Source: a virus
Taxonomy: Duplodnaviria > Heunggongvirae > Uroviricota > Caudoviricetes
Length of the DNA: 45,219 nucleotides
IMG/VR virus record: IMGVR_UViG_646206259_000004
Reading direction: 5' to 3' (one strand)
The position numbers were made by a program, and so were the translations under genes. This document shows, one piece after another, positions 8,875 through 17,055 of the stretch. The notes beneath the pieces were generated by a model. It was given only the letters and a program-made list of their open reading frames with translations, ran no database searches and was not told the origin of the DNA. The stretch's first letter is position 1. Each line of letters begins with the position of its first letter.

Positions 8875-9897
8875 ATGCCCTGTATTTCGCTGTGGTATAA
8901 TAGTTGCGCAATTGATACAAGGGAGCGTTACATCGTGAAAATTGTTTTCGAGGTTAATGGAAAGAAAGTTCCACTAAAATCTTTAAAATACATAAGCAAA
9001 AAAGATCAACTCGAAGTAATGAAAAACTGGTTCTTTGAAAACTTTGAAGATCCGGCAAATGCTTGTCCGTATGAAAGTAGAGAAGGTGGCTATGCTTACA
9101 TATATGGCGGGCCGTATGATGCGAGCGAAGAACTACAATCCATCTTCGGTCAATATGTTAAATCTGAGTATATTGAGGAATTAGTAGATGAATTACAAAC
9201 ACAATGTTTTGACTGGTCTGGAAACTCAAATAATATAGATGATTGGTACGATGATGATATCTACGACGCTGTAACGTCTTCCGGTAATCCGTATTTAAAA
9301 TTCATTGATAATATCGATAAAATAAAAAAACTTGCAAAAGATAAAACTGAACAACAGCAAAAAAACCACTTGCTTAGTTTGCTCTACACGAATGTTATTA
9401 CAGCTTTGGAAACGCTTTATGTTGAGCTATTCATTAATTCTATAGAGAAAGATGATGTCTACATAGCCAATTGTATAGAAAAAGGTAAGACTGAATTTAA
9501 AGTAAGCAAAGATATTGCTGCGTTGCCTTTCAAGGGTGAACCCATCGAGAAAATTAGGGGAGAGCTAATCAGGTCAATCAAGGAACACTTGATCAGTGCA
9601 AGCTGGCATAGCACTAAAAAGGTAATCGACCGCTATGAAGCTACATTCGATATAAAAGTACAAAAAGACTGTCCGATAGAAGCTATTGAATTGGCAACCC
9701 TCAATCGAAATCACTTAGTGCATCGTGGTGGAAAGGATAAAGAAGGGAACCTCGTAGTGATTACAGACCAGGATCTTGAAACGCTGATTGAAAATGCATC
9801 GAACCTGGCAATTATGCTCTACAACAGTTTAAATGTAGCAACGAATAAAACCACCATTTTGCAACCAGATGACAAACCGTTCATTCATGAATTTTAA
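8875..9897 (+). CDS. Hypothetical protein, gene A of AT-rich cassette (possible HEPN-like C-terminal region)
   Basis: ATG at 8875 six nt after AGGAGG; alternative in-frame GTG at 8935 downstream of an extended -10-like TGGTATAAT (8892-8900). Strongly AT-rich codon usage unlike flanking genes. C-terminal LNRNHLVHRGG fits an Rx4H HEPN-like motif (by eye only). Confidence 0.6.
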   Translation: MPCISLWYNSCAIDTRERYIVKIVFEVNGKKVPLKSLKYISKKDQLEVMKNWFFENFEDPANACPYESREGGYAYIYGGPYDASEELQSIFGQYVKSEYIEELVDELQTQCFDWSGNSNNIDDWYDDDIYDAVTSSGNPYLKFIDNIDKIKKLAKDKTEQQQKNHLLSLLYTNVITALETLYVELFINSIEKDDVYIANCIEKGKTEFKVSKDIAALPFKGEPIEKIRGELIRSIKEHLISASWHSTKKVIDRYEATFDIKVQKDCPIEAIELATLNRNHLVHRGGKDKEGNLVVITDQDLETLIENASNLAIMLYNSLNVATNKTTILQPDDKPFIHEF

Positions 9898-9912
9898 TAG
9901 CGCAGGTCATAC

Positions 9913-10914
9913 ATGGATATTCGCACACGAAAGACAAAATTTTTAGAGTCGTTAGATTCAACTGAAGTGATACGCAAAGCAGTAAGTCTCGCTATAGATT
10001 GCATTATTGATAATCATAATAGTAATGAAGATACCCCCTTAGTTATTACCAGCTATGATGATCTCTGTAGAATCCAGGTGCTAAATTATGTACAGGAGTT
10101 TTGCGAAGCTGCATTCCCTGATATGGATGAATATTACTTTAGTCCTAACATACTTCGCATCAACGGCAAGACTAGTGAAGAAGCTTGTATTAACTTAATT
10201 AAACTCTTAAGAAGTACAAAAGGCATGCTATTCTGGTCCGATGCCCCATCGTGGTTCGCTAGCCTCCCCGACGGATTATTCCATGTTGTTAACATTGATC
10301 AAAAAATCGTTACTCGCGGCCTTAATAAGAAAAACTCTAAGCCGACAATAATCAATAAAGATTACAGTGTAGATACACTACTATCAGAGCTATTTTTGAA
10401 TGGCGCACACATGGAGCAACCCAACGTACACAACGTTTCTGAGGGAAACATGAAGTTCTATGATGAATGCCATGCTGGATTAATCAGACCAATACCCGCT
10501 CCAATAGGCGCGTCATACGATGAAGAGATCACAATTAATTCTCCAGATTGGCAAAAGCTCGCGTGTGTAGCTTTACGCCGCTATCAGTCGAAGGAATGTC
10601 ATGACGGAATGCAATGGGATACAACCGATCATGGTTGGACTGATGTAATCGCGTATCCATTCGTCGAAGAAATACAATCAATGGATAATAGTGGTTATCG
10701 ACAATGTTTAGTTGGGCTGGTCACAATAAACAATTCAAATGCAAATTCTCCGTACCTATCTACCGTTTGGATACATCCATTTTATCGCAGGAGAGGGTTA
10801 TTAAGTAAGTTATGGCCAAAATTACAAGAGTTATATGGAAGTAACTTCGAAATTGAGCGACCTAATGAAAATATGAAAGCATTTCTGAAAAGTGCGAAAC
10901 ACGCAGATTACTAA
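9913..10914 (+). CDS. Hypothetical protein, gene B of AT-rich cassette (possible GNAT-like C-terminal fold)
   Basis: 333 aa ORF 15 nt downstream of gene A, same strand and AT-rich composition; C-terminal VWIHPFYRRRGLLSKLW resembles GNAT motif A (by eye only). Confidence 0.6.
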   Translation: MDIRTRKTKFLESLDSTEVIRKAVSLAIDCIIDNHNSNEDTPLVITSYDDLCRIQVLNYVQEFCEAAFPDMDEYYFSPNILRINGKTSEEACINLIKLLRSTKGMLFWSDAPSWFASLPDGLFHVVNIDQKIVTRGLNKKNSKPTIINKDYSVDTLLSELFLNGAHMEQPNVHNVSEGNMKFYDECHAGLIRPIPAPIGASYDEEITINSPDWQKLACVALRRYQSKECHDGMQWDTTDHGWTDVIAYPFVEEIQSMDNSGYRQCLVGLVTINNSNANSPYLSTVWIHPFYRRRGLLSKLWPKLQELYGSNFEIERPNENMKAFLKSAKHADY

Positions 10915-11230
10915 TTTATGAATCAGTCTGTGGAGTTAGGGTTGGTGTCAACAAGTAGGGTAAGAGCCTCAACGTGATGCTATGCCGACCTGCTCCCTGA
11001 GAATTCACACAGAAGGCTGCTAGCAATGTCTGCAGATCGCTCAAAGCGGACTAGAAGGTTAGCTTGCGTCGGACTTGGCGTATTTAAAGAAGTGCTGGTG
11101 GTGACTGGTTGTTGTGTTCCATTTCTACAGAACAAAATCACAGAAACTATACCCAATAGTTATATTGAATCAATGATGAGACAGCCTCATATTTATCAGA
11201 ACTGGTGTACGTCCAATACAGGAGGTTGTC

Positions 11231-11320
11231 GTGCTGGTTCTCAAATGTGCGCTAGCTATTGCGGCTGTAATGGCAATTTATTGTCTTGCTGTTGTTCTTA
11301 TGGATCGCCTTTCTGATTGA
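11231..11320 (+). CDS. Candidate small hydrophobic peptide (29 aa)
   Basis: GTG start 5 nt after a perfect AGGAGG; VLVLKCALAIAAVMAIYCLAVVLMDRLSD is a single predicted transmembrane helix; overlaps the 3' end of the 96 aa Cys-rich ORF in another frame. Confidence 0.3.
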   Translation: MLVLKCALAIAAVMAIYCLAVVLMDRLSD

Positions 11321-11474
11321 TTTTATATTGGCGAGGTGACGGGAGTTAAGTAGAATTGCTGCGGGTGCTTGAGGCTATCTGCCTCAGGCATGAACACCAA
11401 AGGCAGATAGAGAAAAGCCCCAGTTAATATTACGCGTCCTGCAAGACGCTTAACATTAATCTGAGGCTCAATCT

Positions 11475-11687
11475 ATGAACGGCAAATCTAGGTTAGCCTC
11501 TTACGTGCCGAAAGGCAAGGAGAAGCAGGCTATGAAGCAGCAAAAGGCGATGTTAATCGCCCTGATCGTCATCTGTTTAACCGTCATAGTGACGGCACTG
11601 GTAACGAGGAAAGACCTCTGCGAGGTACGAATCCGAACCGGCCAGACGGAGGTCGCTGTCTTCACAGTTTACGAACCTGAGGAGTAA
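11475..11687 (+). CDS. mok: Mok-like reading frame (N-terminally extended Hok frame)
   Basis: 70 aa ORF containing Hok in frame, as in mokC/hokC loci. Confidence 0.55.
   Translation: MNGKSRLASYVPKGKEKQAMKQQKAMLIALIVICLTVIVTALVTRKDLCEVRIRTGQTEVAVFTVYEPEE
11532..11687 (+). CDS. hok: Hok/Gef family type I toxin
   Basis: 51 aa MKQQKAMLIALIVICLTVIVTALVTRKDLCEVRIRTGQTEVAVFTVYEPEE, a near-match to the Hok/Gef/RelF family; mRNA-like context with upstream inverted repeats and a downstream fold-back/terminator. Confidence 0.85.
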   Translation: MKQQKAMLIALIVICLTVIVTALVTRKDLCEVRIRTGQTEVAVFTVYEPEE

Positions 11688-11755
11688 GAGACCCGGCGAG
11701 GGAGAAATCCCTCGCCACCTCTGATGTGTCAGGCATCCTCAACGCACCCGCACGT

Positions 11756-11782
11756 AACCCGCTTCGGCGGGTTTTGTTTTTT
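11756..11782 (+). terminator. Intrinsic terminator / fbi-like 3' hairpin of the hok mRNA
   Basis: AACCCGCTTCGGCGGGTTTTGTTTTTT: GC stem with short loop followed by a T-run. Confidence 0.6.
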
Positions 11783-11854
11783 CCTGGCATTCTGGTTTAC
11801 AATTCGCACGCCAGCCTGAACAACTGGCACCTGCTGCGCCAGCAGAGACAACCG

Positions 11855-12133
11855 ATGGCGCACGATACCAAATTACACAATTCTGATGATTCTGCCGTCT
11901 TTGCCAGCAGGCACGGGCGGCGTTCCCGCACTTTCAAATCTGACTGGTTCCAGCATCCCCCATGCACTGAAGAACAGGCCGAGTGGCTAATTCAGTGCTA
12001 CCGCAGACACGGATACGAGATTAAGAAAGCCCTCAGCCTCGATTATCGTCACTGGATAATCTCCGTCAGGCTTCCTTACTCCGAACGATCACCGCGTCCG
12101 TCCCGCACATTCCAGCAACGCATCTGGAGGTAA
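11855..12133 (+). CDS. Hypothetical protein (92 aa)
   Basis: ATG downstream of the hok terminator; its stop lies 2 nt before the DUF968 GTG start, suggesting translational coupling; the 135 aa track ORF probably over-extends into the hok 3' UTR. Confidence 0.4.
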   Translation: MAHDTKLHNSDDSAVFASRHGRRSRTFKSDWFQHPPCTEEQAEWLIQCYRRHGYEIKKALSLDYRHWIISVRLPYSERSPRPSRTFQQRIWR

Positions 12134-12134
12134 C

Positions 12135-13181
12135 GTGCGAGTATTACTTCGACCTGTTCTGGTACCGGAACTCGGGCTGGTGATCGTTAAGCCGGGCCGT
12201 GAATCCATGCCGGTATTCCACAATACCCGGGTACTGGTGGAGCCGGAACCGAAAAGCATGCGTAATCTGCCGTCCGGGGTTGTTCCTGCCGTTCGCCAGC
12301 CGCTAGTGGAAGACAAAACATTGCTGCCGTTTTTCAGTAACGCACGGGTGATTCGTGCTGCTGGTGGTGCTGGTGCATTGTCTGACTGGCTGTTGCGCCA
12401 TATTAAATCCTGCCAGTGGCCACACGGCGATTATCATCACAGCGAAACCGTCATTCACCGTTATGGTACCGGCGCAATGGTGTTGTGCTGGCACTGCGAC
12501 AACCAGCTGCGTGACCAGACATCCGAATCACTCGAGCAACTTGCTCATCAAAACCTGTCAGCATGGATGATTGACGTCATACTCCATGCAATGAATGGCT
12601 CGCAGGAACGGGAATTATCGCTGGCTGAATTATCCTGGTGGGCGGTCCGCAATCAGGTGGCGGACGCGCTACCGGAAGCGGTATTACGTCGTTCGCTGGG
12701 GTTGCGTGCGGAAAAAATCCGCTCAATGTACCGTGAAAGCGACATCGTACCGGGAGAGCAGACCGCCACCAGCATACTGAAGCAGCGCACAAAAAATCTT
12801 GCGCCGCTGCCTCACGCCCACCAGCAAAACCCGCCACAGGAAGAGACGGTGGTCAGCATTGCCGTTGATCCTGAGTCTCCGGAATCTTTCATGAAACGAC
12901 CTAAACGTCGCCGCTGGGTTAACGAGAAATACACACGCTGGGTGAAGACACAGCCGTGTGCGTGTTGTGGTAAGCCAGCCGACGATCCCCATCACCTGAT
13001 TGGTCATGGTCAGGGCGGAATGGGGACAAAATCTCACGATATTTTCACGCTACCGCTGTGTCGGGAGCATCACAACGAGCTTCATGCGGATCCTCTGGCG
13101 TTCGAAGAAAAGCATGGTTCTCAGGTTGATTTAATTTTTCGTTTTCTTGATCACGCCTTTGCAACTGGCGTGCTTGGGTAA
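12135..13181 (+). CDS. DUF968-like protein (YdfU-like) with C-terminal HNH-like zinc-binding motif
   Basis: 348 aa; GTG start after GGAGG; C-terminal CACCGKPADDPHHLIGHG...LPLCREHHNELH; size and position upstream of rusA match Qin ydfU. Confidence 0.65.
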   Translation: MRVLLRPVLVPELGLVIVKPGRESMPVFHNTRVLVEPEPKSMRNLPSGVVPAVRQPLVEDKTLLPFFSNARVIRAAGGAGALSDWLLRHIKSCQWPHGDYHHSETVIHRYGTGAMVLCWHCDNQLRDQTSESLEQLAHQNLSAWMIDVILHAMNGSQERELSLAELSWWAVRNQVADALPEAVLRRSLGLRAEKIRSMYRESDIVPGEQTATSILKQRTKNLAPLPHAHQQNPPQEETVVSIAVDPESPESFMKRPKRRRWVNEKYTRWVKTQPCACCGKPADDPHHLIGHGQGGMGTKSHDIFTLPLCREHHNELHADPLAFEEKHGSQVDLIFRFLDHAFATGVLG

Positions 13182-13193
13182 AAGAGGTGACTG

Positions 13194-13568
13194 ATGCTCA
13201 TAGATTTGGTTTTACCTTACCCGCCGACGGTGAACACTTACTGGCGACGCCGTGGCAGCACATATTTTATCTCGGAGGAGGGAAAGCGTTATCGCCGGGC
13301 TGTGGCGCTTATTGTTCGCCAGCAGCGGCTGAAATTAAGCCTGTCCGGAAGGCTGGCGATAAAGGTGATTGCAGAGCCACCGGATAAGCGTCGTCGCGAC
13401 CTGGACAATATCCTGAAAGCACCGCTGGATGCGCTGACGCATGCGGGAGTGTTAATGGACGATGAGCAGTTTGATGAAATCAATATCGTTCGTGGTCAGC
13501 CAGTATCTGGTGGACGTATGGGGGTGAAGATTTACCCCATAATGCATGAAGAGCAGGTCAAAAAATGA
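13194..13568 (+). CDS. rusA: Holliday junction resolvase RusA
   Basis: 124 aa; LPYPPTVNTYWRRRG... and RRRDLDNILKAPLDAL motifs characteristic of RusA. Confidence 0.85.
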   Translation: MLIDLVLPYPPTVNTYWRRRGSTYFISEEGKRYRRAVALIVRQQRLKLSLSGRLAIKVIAEPPDKRRRDLDNILKAPLDALTHAGVLMDDEQFDEINIVRGQPVSGGRMGVKIYPIMHEEQVKK

Positions 13569-14386
13569 AACTGGAAGATTTACCGAAATACTACTCCCCA
13601 AAATCCCCTGGCCTGACCGATGCATCGGCCTCAACGTCAAAAGATGCGCTGAGTATCACTGATGTGATGGCCGCGCAGGGCATGACACAGAATCGGGCTG
13701 AGATGGGGTTTTCTGCGTTCCTGGGGAAAATGGGCATCAGTATGAATGACAGGGCGCGGGCAACAGAATTACTGGCAGATTATGCACTCAGTCGGTGCGA
13801 TCGTGTGGCGGCGTTGAGAAAACTTCCGGCAGAAATAAAACCGGTAGTGATGCGCATTATGGCTTCGTATGCGTTTGAAGATTATGCCCGTAGCGCGGCG
13901 AGCAAAAAACAGTGCCCTTGCTGTCACGGAAAAAAATTTATTGAAAGCGAGGTTTTTACAAACAAGATCCAGTATCCGGATGGTAAGCCACCAGTGTGGG
14001 CAAAGTGCACAAAAGGCGTGTATCCGTCTTACTGGGAAGAATGGAAAAAAGTCAGGGAGGTGGTAAAAGTTGCCTGTCCGGAGTGTGGCGGAAAGGGTGA
14101 GGTTTCCACCGCCTGTAAGGATTGCCGTGGGCGTGGTGTCGCCATTCATCGTGAAGAGTCGGTAAAACGTGGTATGCCTGTTATCAGAGATTGCCAGCGT
14201 TGTGGTGGTCGTGGCTGTGAAAGGCTGCCATCAACGGAGGCATTTAATGCCATATGCAAAGTGACGAGTGCTATCACGCTTGATACGTGGAAAAAATCAG
14301 TGAAACGCTTTTACGATACGTTGGTGGTTCGGTTTGACATTGAAGAGGCATGGGCGGAGCGGCAGTTAAAGAGGGTAACGCGATAG
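13565..14386 (+). CDS. Late gene antiterminator Q
   Basis: 273 aa, multiple CxxC zinc-finger motifs (CPCCHGK, CPECGGKG, CKDCRGRG, CQRCGGRG); overlaps the rusA stop; followed by promoter/terminator-like signals. Confidence 0.8.
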   Translation: MKLEDLPKYYSPKSPGLTDASASTSKDALSITDVMAAQGMTQNRAEMGFSAFLGKMGISMNDRARATELLADYALSRCDRVAALRKLPAEIKPVVMRIMASYAFEDYARSAASKKQCPCCHGKKFIESEVFTNKIQYPDGKPPVWAKCTKGVYPSYWEEWKKVREVVKVACPECGGKGEVSTACKDCRGRGVAIHREESVKRGMPVIRDCQRCGGRGCERLPSTEAFNAICKVTSAITLDTWKKSVKRFYDTLVVRFDIEEAWAERQLKRVTR

Positions 14387-14390
14387 TGTT

Positions 14391-14420
14391 GTTGATTTTT
14401 CCCGAATCTGTGGTAAATTT
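14391..14420 (+). promoter_or_regulatory. Candidate late promoter pR' (Q-dependent)
   Basis: TTGATT (-35-like) and TGgTAAATT (extended -10-like) immediately after Q; exact spacing uncertain. Confidence 0.4.
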
Positions 14421-14468
14421 GCTCTAACGATGGGCGTTTTATGCCTGACGTTAGAAGATTTTTTACAC

Positions 14469-14490
14469 CCCGCCGCCTGGCGGGTTTTTT
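14469..14490 (+). terminator. tR'-like intrinsic terminator
   Basis: CCCGCCGCCTGGCGGGTTTTTT hairpin plus T-run about 80 nt downstream of the Q stop. Confidence 0.55.
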
Positions 14491-14610
14491 ATGACTGAAA
14501 TCGCGTCAGTACAGTAAACGCGCTGGTGGCGGTGAATACCTGTCTTTCAGCTTGCTGGCTTTTTCGACAAGAGTTATTGGTGTGTCACGTTAACCGGAAA
14601 AGGAAAAGAC

Positions 14611-14808
14611 ATGCTAAAACAGCAGGATATGACAGAAACCGCCAGAGTGGTGTTTAATGAATTAAGCGTTACCGACCCGGCGACAGTCGGGGAGATAGCG
14701 CAGAATACTTACCTTTCACGCGAACGCTGCCAGTTAATACTGACTCAGCTGGTTATGGCGGGTCTGGCAGACTATCAGTTCGGTTGTTACAGACGCCTTC
14801 CGCAGTGA
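14611..14808 (+). CDS. Hypothetical small protein (65 aa)
   Basis: ORF with AAAGGAAAAG RBS-like sequence; lies between tR' and the methyltransferase. Confidence 0.45.
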   Translation: MLKQQDMTETARVVFNELSVTDPATVGEIAQNTYLSRERCQLILTQLVMAGLADYQFGCYRRLPQ

Positions 14809-14958
14809 AGGCTTTTTTATTTGTGGTAAATGGGCGGCTGGTGGGTGTTAGGGGCACCCACCAGCCATCTGCTCATGCGTCCGGATCACAAGCAAACCTC
14901 AGGCCCACTGCTTTGCGCAAAAGCAGAATGAGCCTATCAGAGACAGGCTTAATGATCC

Positions 14959-16008
14959 ATGCTTAATACTGTAAAAATATCCAGTTGTGAGTTAATCAAC
15001 GCCGACTGCCTGGAATTTATCCGGTCGTTACCCGAAAATTCTGTTGACCTGATAGTCACGGACCCGCCGTACTTTAAAGTGAAGCCTGAGGGCTGGGATA
15101 ACCAGTGGAAGGGCGACGATGATTACCTGAAGTGGCTGGACCAGTGTCTGGCGCAGTTCTGGCGGGTGCTGAAACCTGCCGGAAGTCTTTACCTGTTCTG
15201 TGGTCATCGCCTGGCATCTGATATCGAAATCATGATGCGTGAACGCTTCAGTGTGCTGAACCATATTATCTGGGCGAAGCCGTCCGGACGCTGGAACGGA
15301 TGCAACAAGGAAAGCCTGCGGGCGTATTTCCCCGCCACAGAGCGCATTCTGTTCGCGGAACATTATCAGGGGCCGTATCGTCCGAAAGATGCCGGGTATG
15401 CGGCGAAGGGCAGTGCACTGAAACAGCATGTGATGGCCCCGCTGATTTCTTACTTTCGTGATGCGCGCGCGGCCCTGGGGATAACGGCAAAACAGATTGC
15501 AGATGCCACAGGAAAGAAAAACATGGTGTCGCACTGGTTCAGTGCCAGTCAGTGGCAGCTACCGAATGAAAGCGATTATCTGAAATTACAGGCGCTGTTT
15601 GCCCGGGTGGCAGAAGAGAAGCATCGGCGTGGTGAACTGGAAAAGCTCCACCACCAGCTGGTGGATACGTATACCTCACTGAACCGGCAGTATGCGGAGC
15701 TGCTGAGTGAATATAAACATCTGCGGCGGTATTTTGGCGTGACGGTGCAGGTGCCGTATACCGATGTGTGGACGCATAAACCGGTGCAGTTCTATCCCGG
15801 GAAACATCCGTGCGAAAAACCGGCAGAAATGCTGCAGCAGATAATCAGCGCAAGTAGCCGTCCTGGTGATCTGGTTGCGGATTTTTTCATGGGGTCGGGT
15901 TCAACGGTAAAAGCGGCGATGGCACTGGGGCGTCGTGCGATTGGTGTTGAGCTGGAGACCGGACGTTTTGAGCAGACAGTCAGGGAAGTTCAGGATTTAA
16001 TCGTTTGA
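14959..16008 (+). CDS. Orphan DNA methyltransferase (DPPY motif; N6-adenine or N4-cytosine class)
   Basis: 349 aa; LIVTDPPYF catalytic motif and C-terminal FFMGSGST SAM-binding motif; no adjacent restriction endonuclease gene. Confidence 0.85.
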   Translation: MLNTVKISSCELINADCLEFIRSLPENSVDLIVTDPPYFKVKPEGWDNQWKGDDDYLKWLDQCLAQFWRVLKPAGSLYLFCGHRLASDIEIMMRERFSVLNHIIWAKPSGRWNGCNKESLRAYFPATERILFAEHYQGPYRPKDAGYAAKGSALKQHVMAPLISYFRDARAALGITAKQIADATGKKNMVSHWFSASQWQLPNESDYLKLQALFARVAEEKHRRGELEKLHHQLVDTYTSLNRQYAELLSEYKHLRRYFGVTVQVPYTDVWTHKPVQFYPGKHPCEKPAEMLQQIISASSRPGDLVADFFMGSGSTVKAAMALGRRAIGVELETGRFEQTVREVQDLIV

Positions 16009-16057
16009 AACGGATGAGATTGCAGAATTAATTACGCACCATTATTATTCTGCTCCC

Positions 16058-16133
16058 GGCCCTTTAGCTCAGTGGTGAGAGCGAGCGACTCATAATCGCC
16101 AGGTCGCTGGTTCAAATCCAGCAAGGGCCACCA
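16058..16133 (+). tRNA. ileZ: tRNA with CAU anticodon (Ile2/lysidine type or Met; ileZ-like)
   Basis: Hand-folded cloverleaf: acceptor GGCCCTT/AAGGGCC, D-arm GCTC/GAGC, anticodon loop CTCATAA, T-loop TTCAAAT, 3' CCA encoded. Confidence 0.75.
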
Positions 16134-16140
16134 TCACATA

Positions 16141-16217
16141 CCGCCATTAGCTCATCAGGAAAGAGCGCCAGCCTTCGAAGCTGGTTGCGCGGAGTTCGGG
16201 TCCCCGAAGGCGGTCCA
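16141..16217 (+). tRNA. argN: tRNA-Arg (UCG anticodon; argN-like), atypical stems
   Basis: Cloverleaf folds with anticodon loop CTTCGAA and T-loop TTCGGGT, but with one mismatch each in the acceptor and T stems; needs tRNAscan confirmation. Confidence 0.5.
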
Positions 16218-16230
16218 TTATCTGTATCCT

Positions 16231-16307
16231 GCGTTGTTAGCTCAGCCGGACAGAGCAATTGCCTTCTAAGCAATCGGTCACTGGTTCGAATCCAGTACAA
16301 CGCGCCA
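16231..16307 (+). tRNA. argO: tRNA-Arg (UCU anticodon; argO-like)
   Basis: Acceptor GCGTTGT/ACAACGC, anticodon loop CTTCTAA, T-loop TTCGAAT, 3' CCA encoded. Confidence 0.75.
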
Positions 16308-16352
16308 CACTTATTTTCCCTGGCTCGCTTTTGCGGGCTTTTTTTTAAATGT

Positions 16353-16566
16353 CTCACAATTCAGGCGGTTGACTGTTGTCTGGTTTGCGGGGAGTTTGTT
16401 AAAAGAAACTGGCATGGTGAATCCCCCTGTGCGGAGGGGCAATCAGCGAGTAGGTATATGGGATAATCGCGGATTCAGGTGCTGGTACTGAATTCACCGG
16501 GAGGCACCCGGCACCATGCAATGGCACATAGCGCCACTCTCCAGCCCCTCTCCGGAGGGGCTTTTC
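16353..16566 (+). repeat. Structured non-coding module, copy 1 (candidate sRNA with own promoter-like motifs and intrinsic terminator)
   Basis: CTCACAATTCAG..GTTGAC...GGTGAATCCCCCTGTGCGGAGGGGC...(T)ATAAT...CACCGGGAGGCACCCGGCACCATG...CCCCTCTCCGGAGGGG+T-run; shares these blocks with copy 2. Confidence 0.4.
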
Positions 16567-16820
16567 TGTGCCGGATACATCACAGTTTCTGGAACCTTAG
16601 GTACTACAGTATCAGTCAGGGTGCTATATTTTCAGATGTGATGAAAGCCTGTCAGCAGGCAGGGCGTATCGGAAATGACCCAGTAGAGAAAACGTTGACT
16701 CAGATACCGGTGCTGAGTTACCGGGAAACCGGCATCACATGACCGCTATCCTTCCAGGCCCATCCGCTCCGGTGGGCCTTTTTACTGCAGAAAACAGGTT
16801 CCCCGTTAAATGCTATGTTG

Positions 16821-17055
16821 CTCACAATTCAGTAAGTTGACAGTTGCCTGTCAGACTGGGCATTTGTTAAAAAAATTTCGCATGGTGAATCCCCCTGAGC
16901 GGAGGGGCGACTGGTGACGGTATAATCTCTGATTATCAAAACGAGAATGACGCGGGTTTAGTGGCACCGGGCTGAACTCACCGGGAGGCACCCGGCACCA
17001 TGTGCATGATGATACAGATACGCGGCTTTAGCCCCTCTCCGGAGGGGTTTTCTTG
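16821..17055 (+). repeat. Structured non-coding module, copy 2
   Basis: Same conserved blocks as copy 1 in the same order, ending in the CCCCTCTCCGGAGGGG hairpin plus T-run; 468 bp downstream of copy 1. Confidence 0.4.

Noticed and set aside
11026-11316. 96-aa Cys-rich ORF as a microcin/RiPP-like precursor
   Set aside because: No convincing RBS or leader/processing context. The Cys-rich tail is the out-of-frame reading of a hydrophobic 29-codon ORF that has a perfect Shine-Dalgarno. Kept only as an alternative in findings.
12577-13037. Minus-strand and alternative-frame ORFs inside the DUF968 gene (12303..12494, 12577..12837, 12723..13037)
   Set aside because: Embedded in a well-supported plus-strand gene that is translationally coupled to its neighbours; no RBS.
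16479-16742. 87-aa ORF between the two non-coding modules
   Set aside because: No RBS; it overlaps hairpin/terminator elements and the non-conserved spacer; more likely non-coding.
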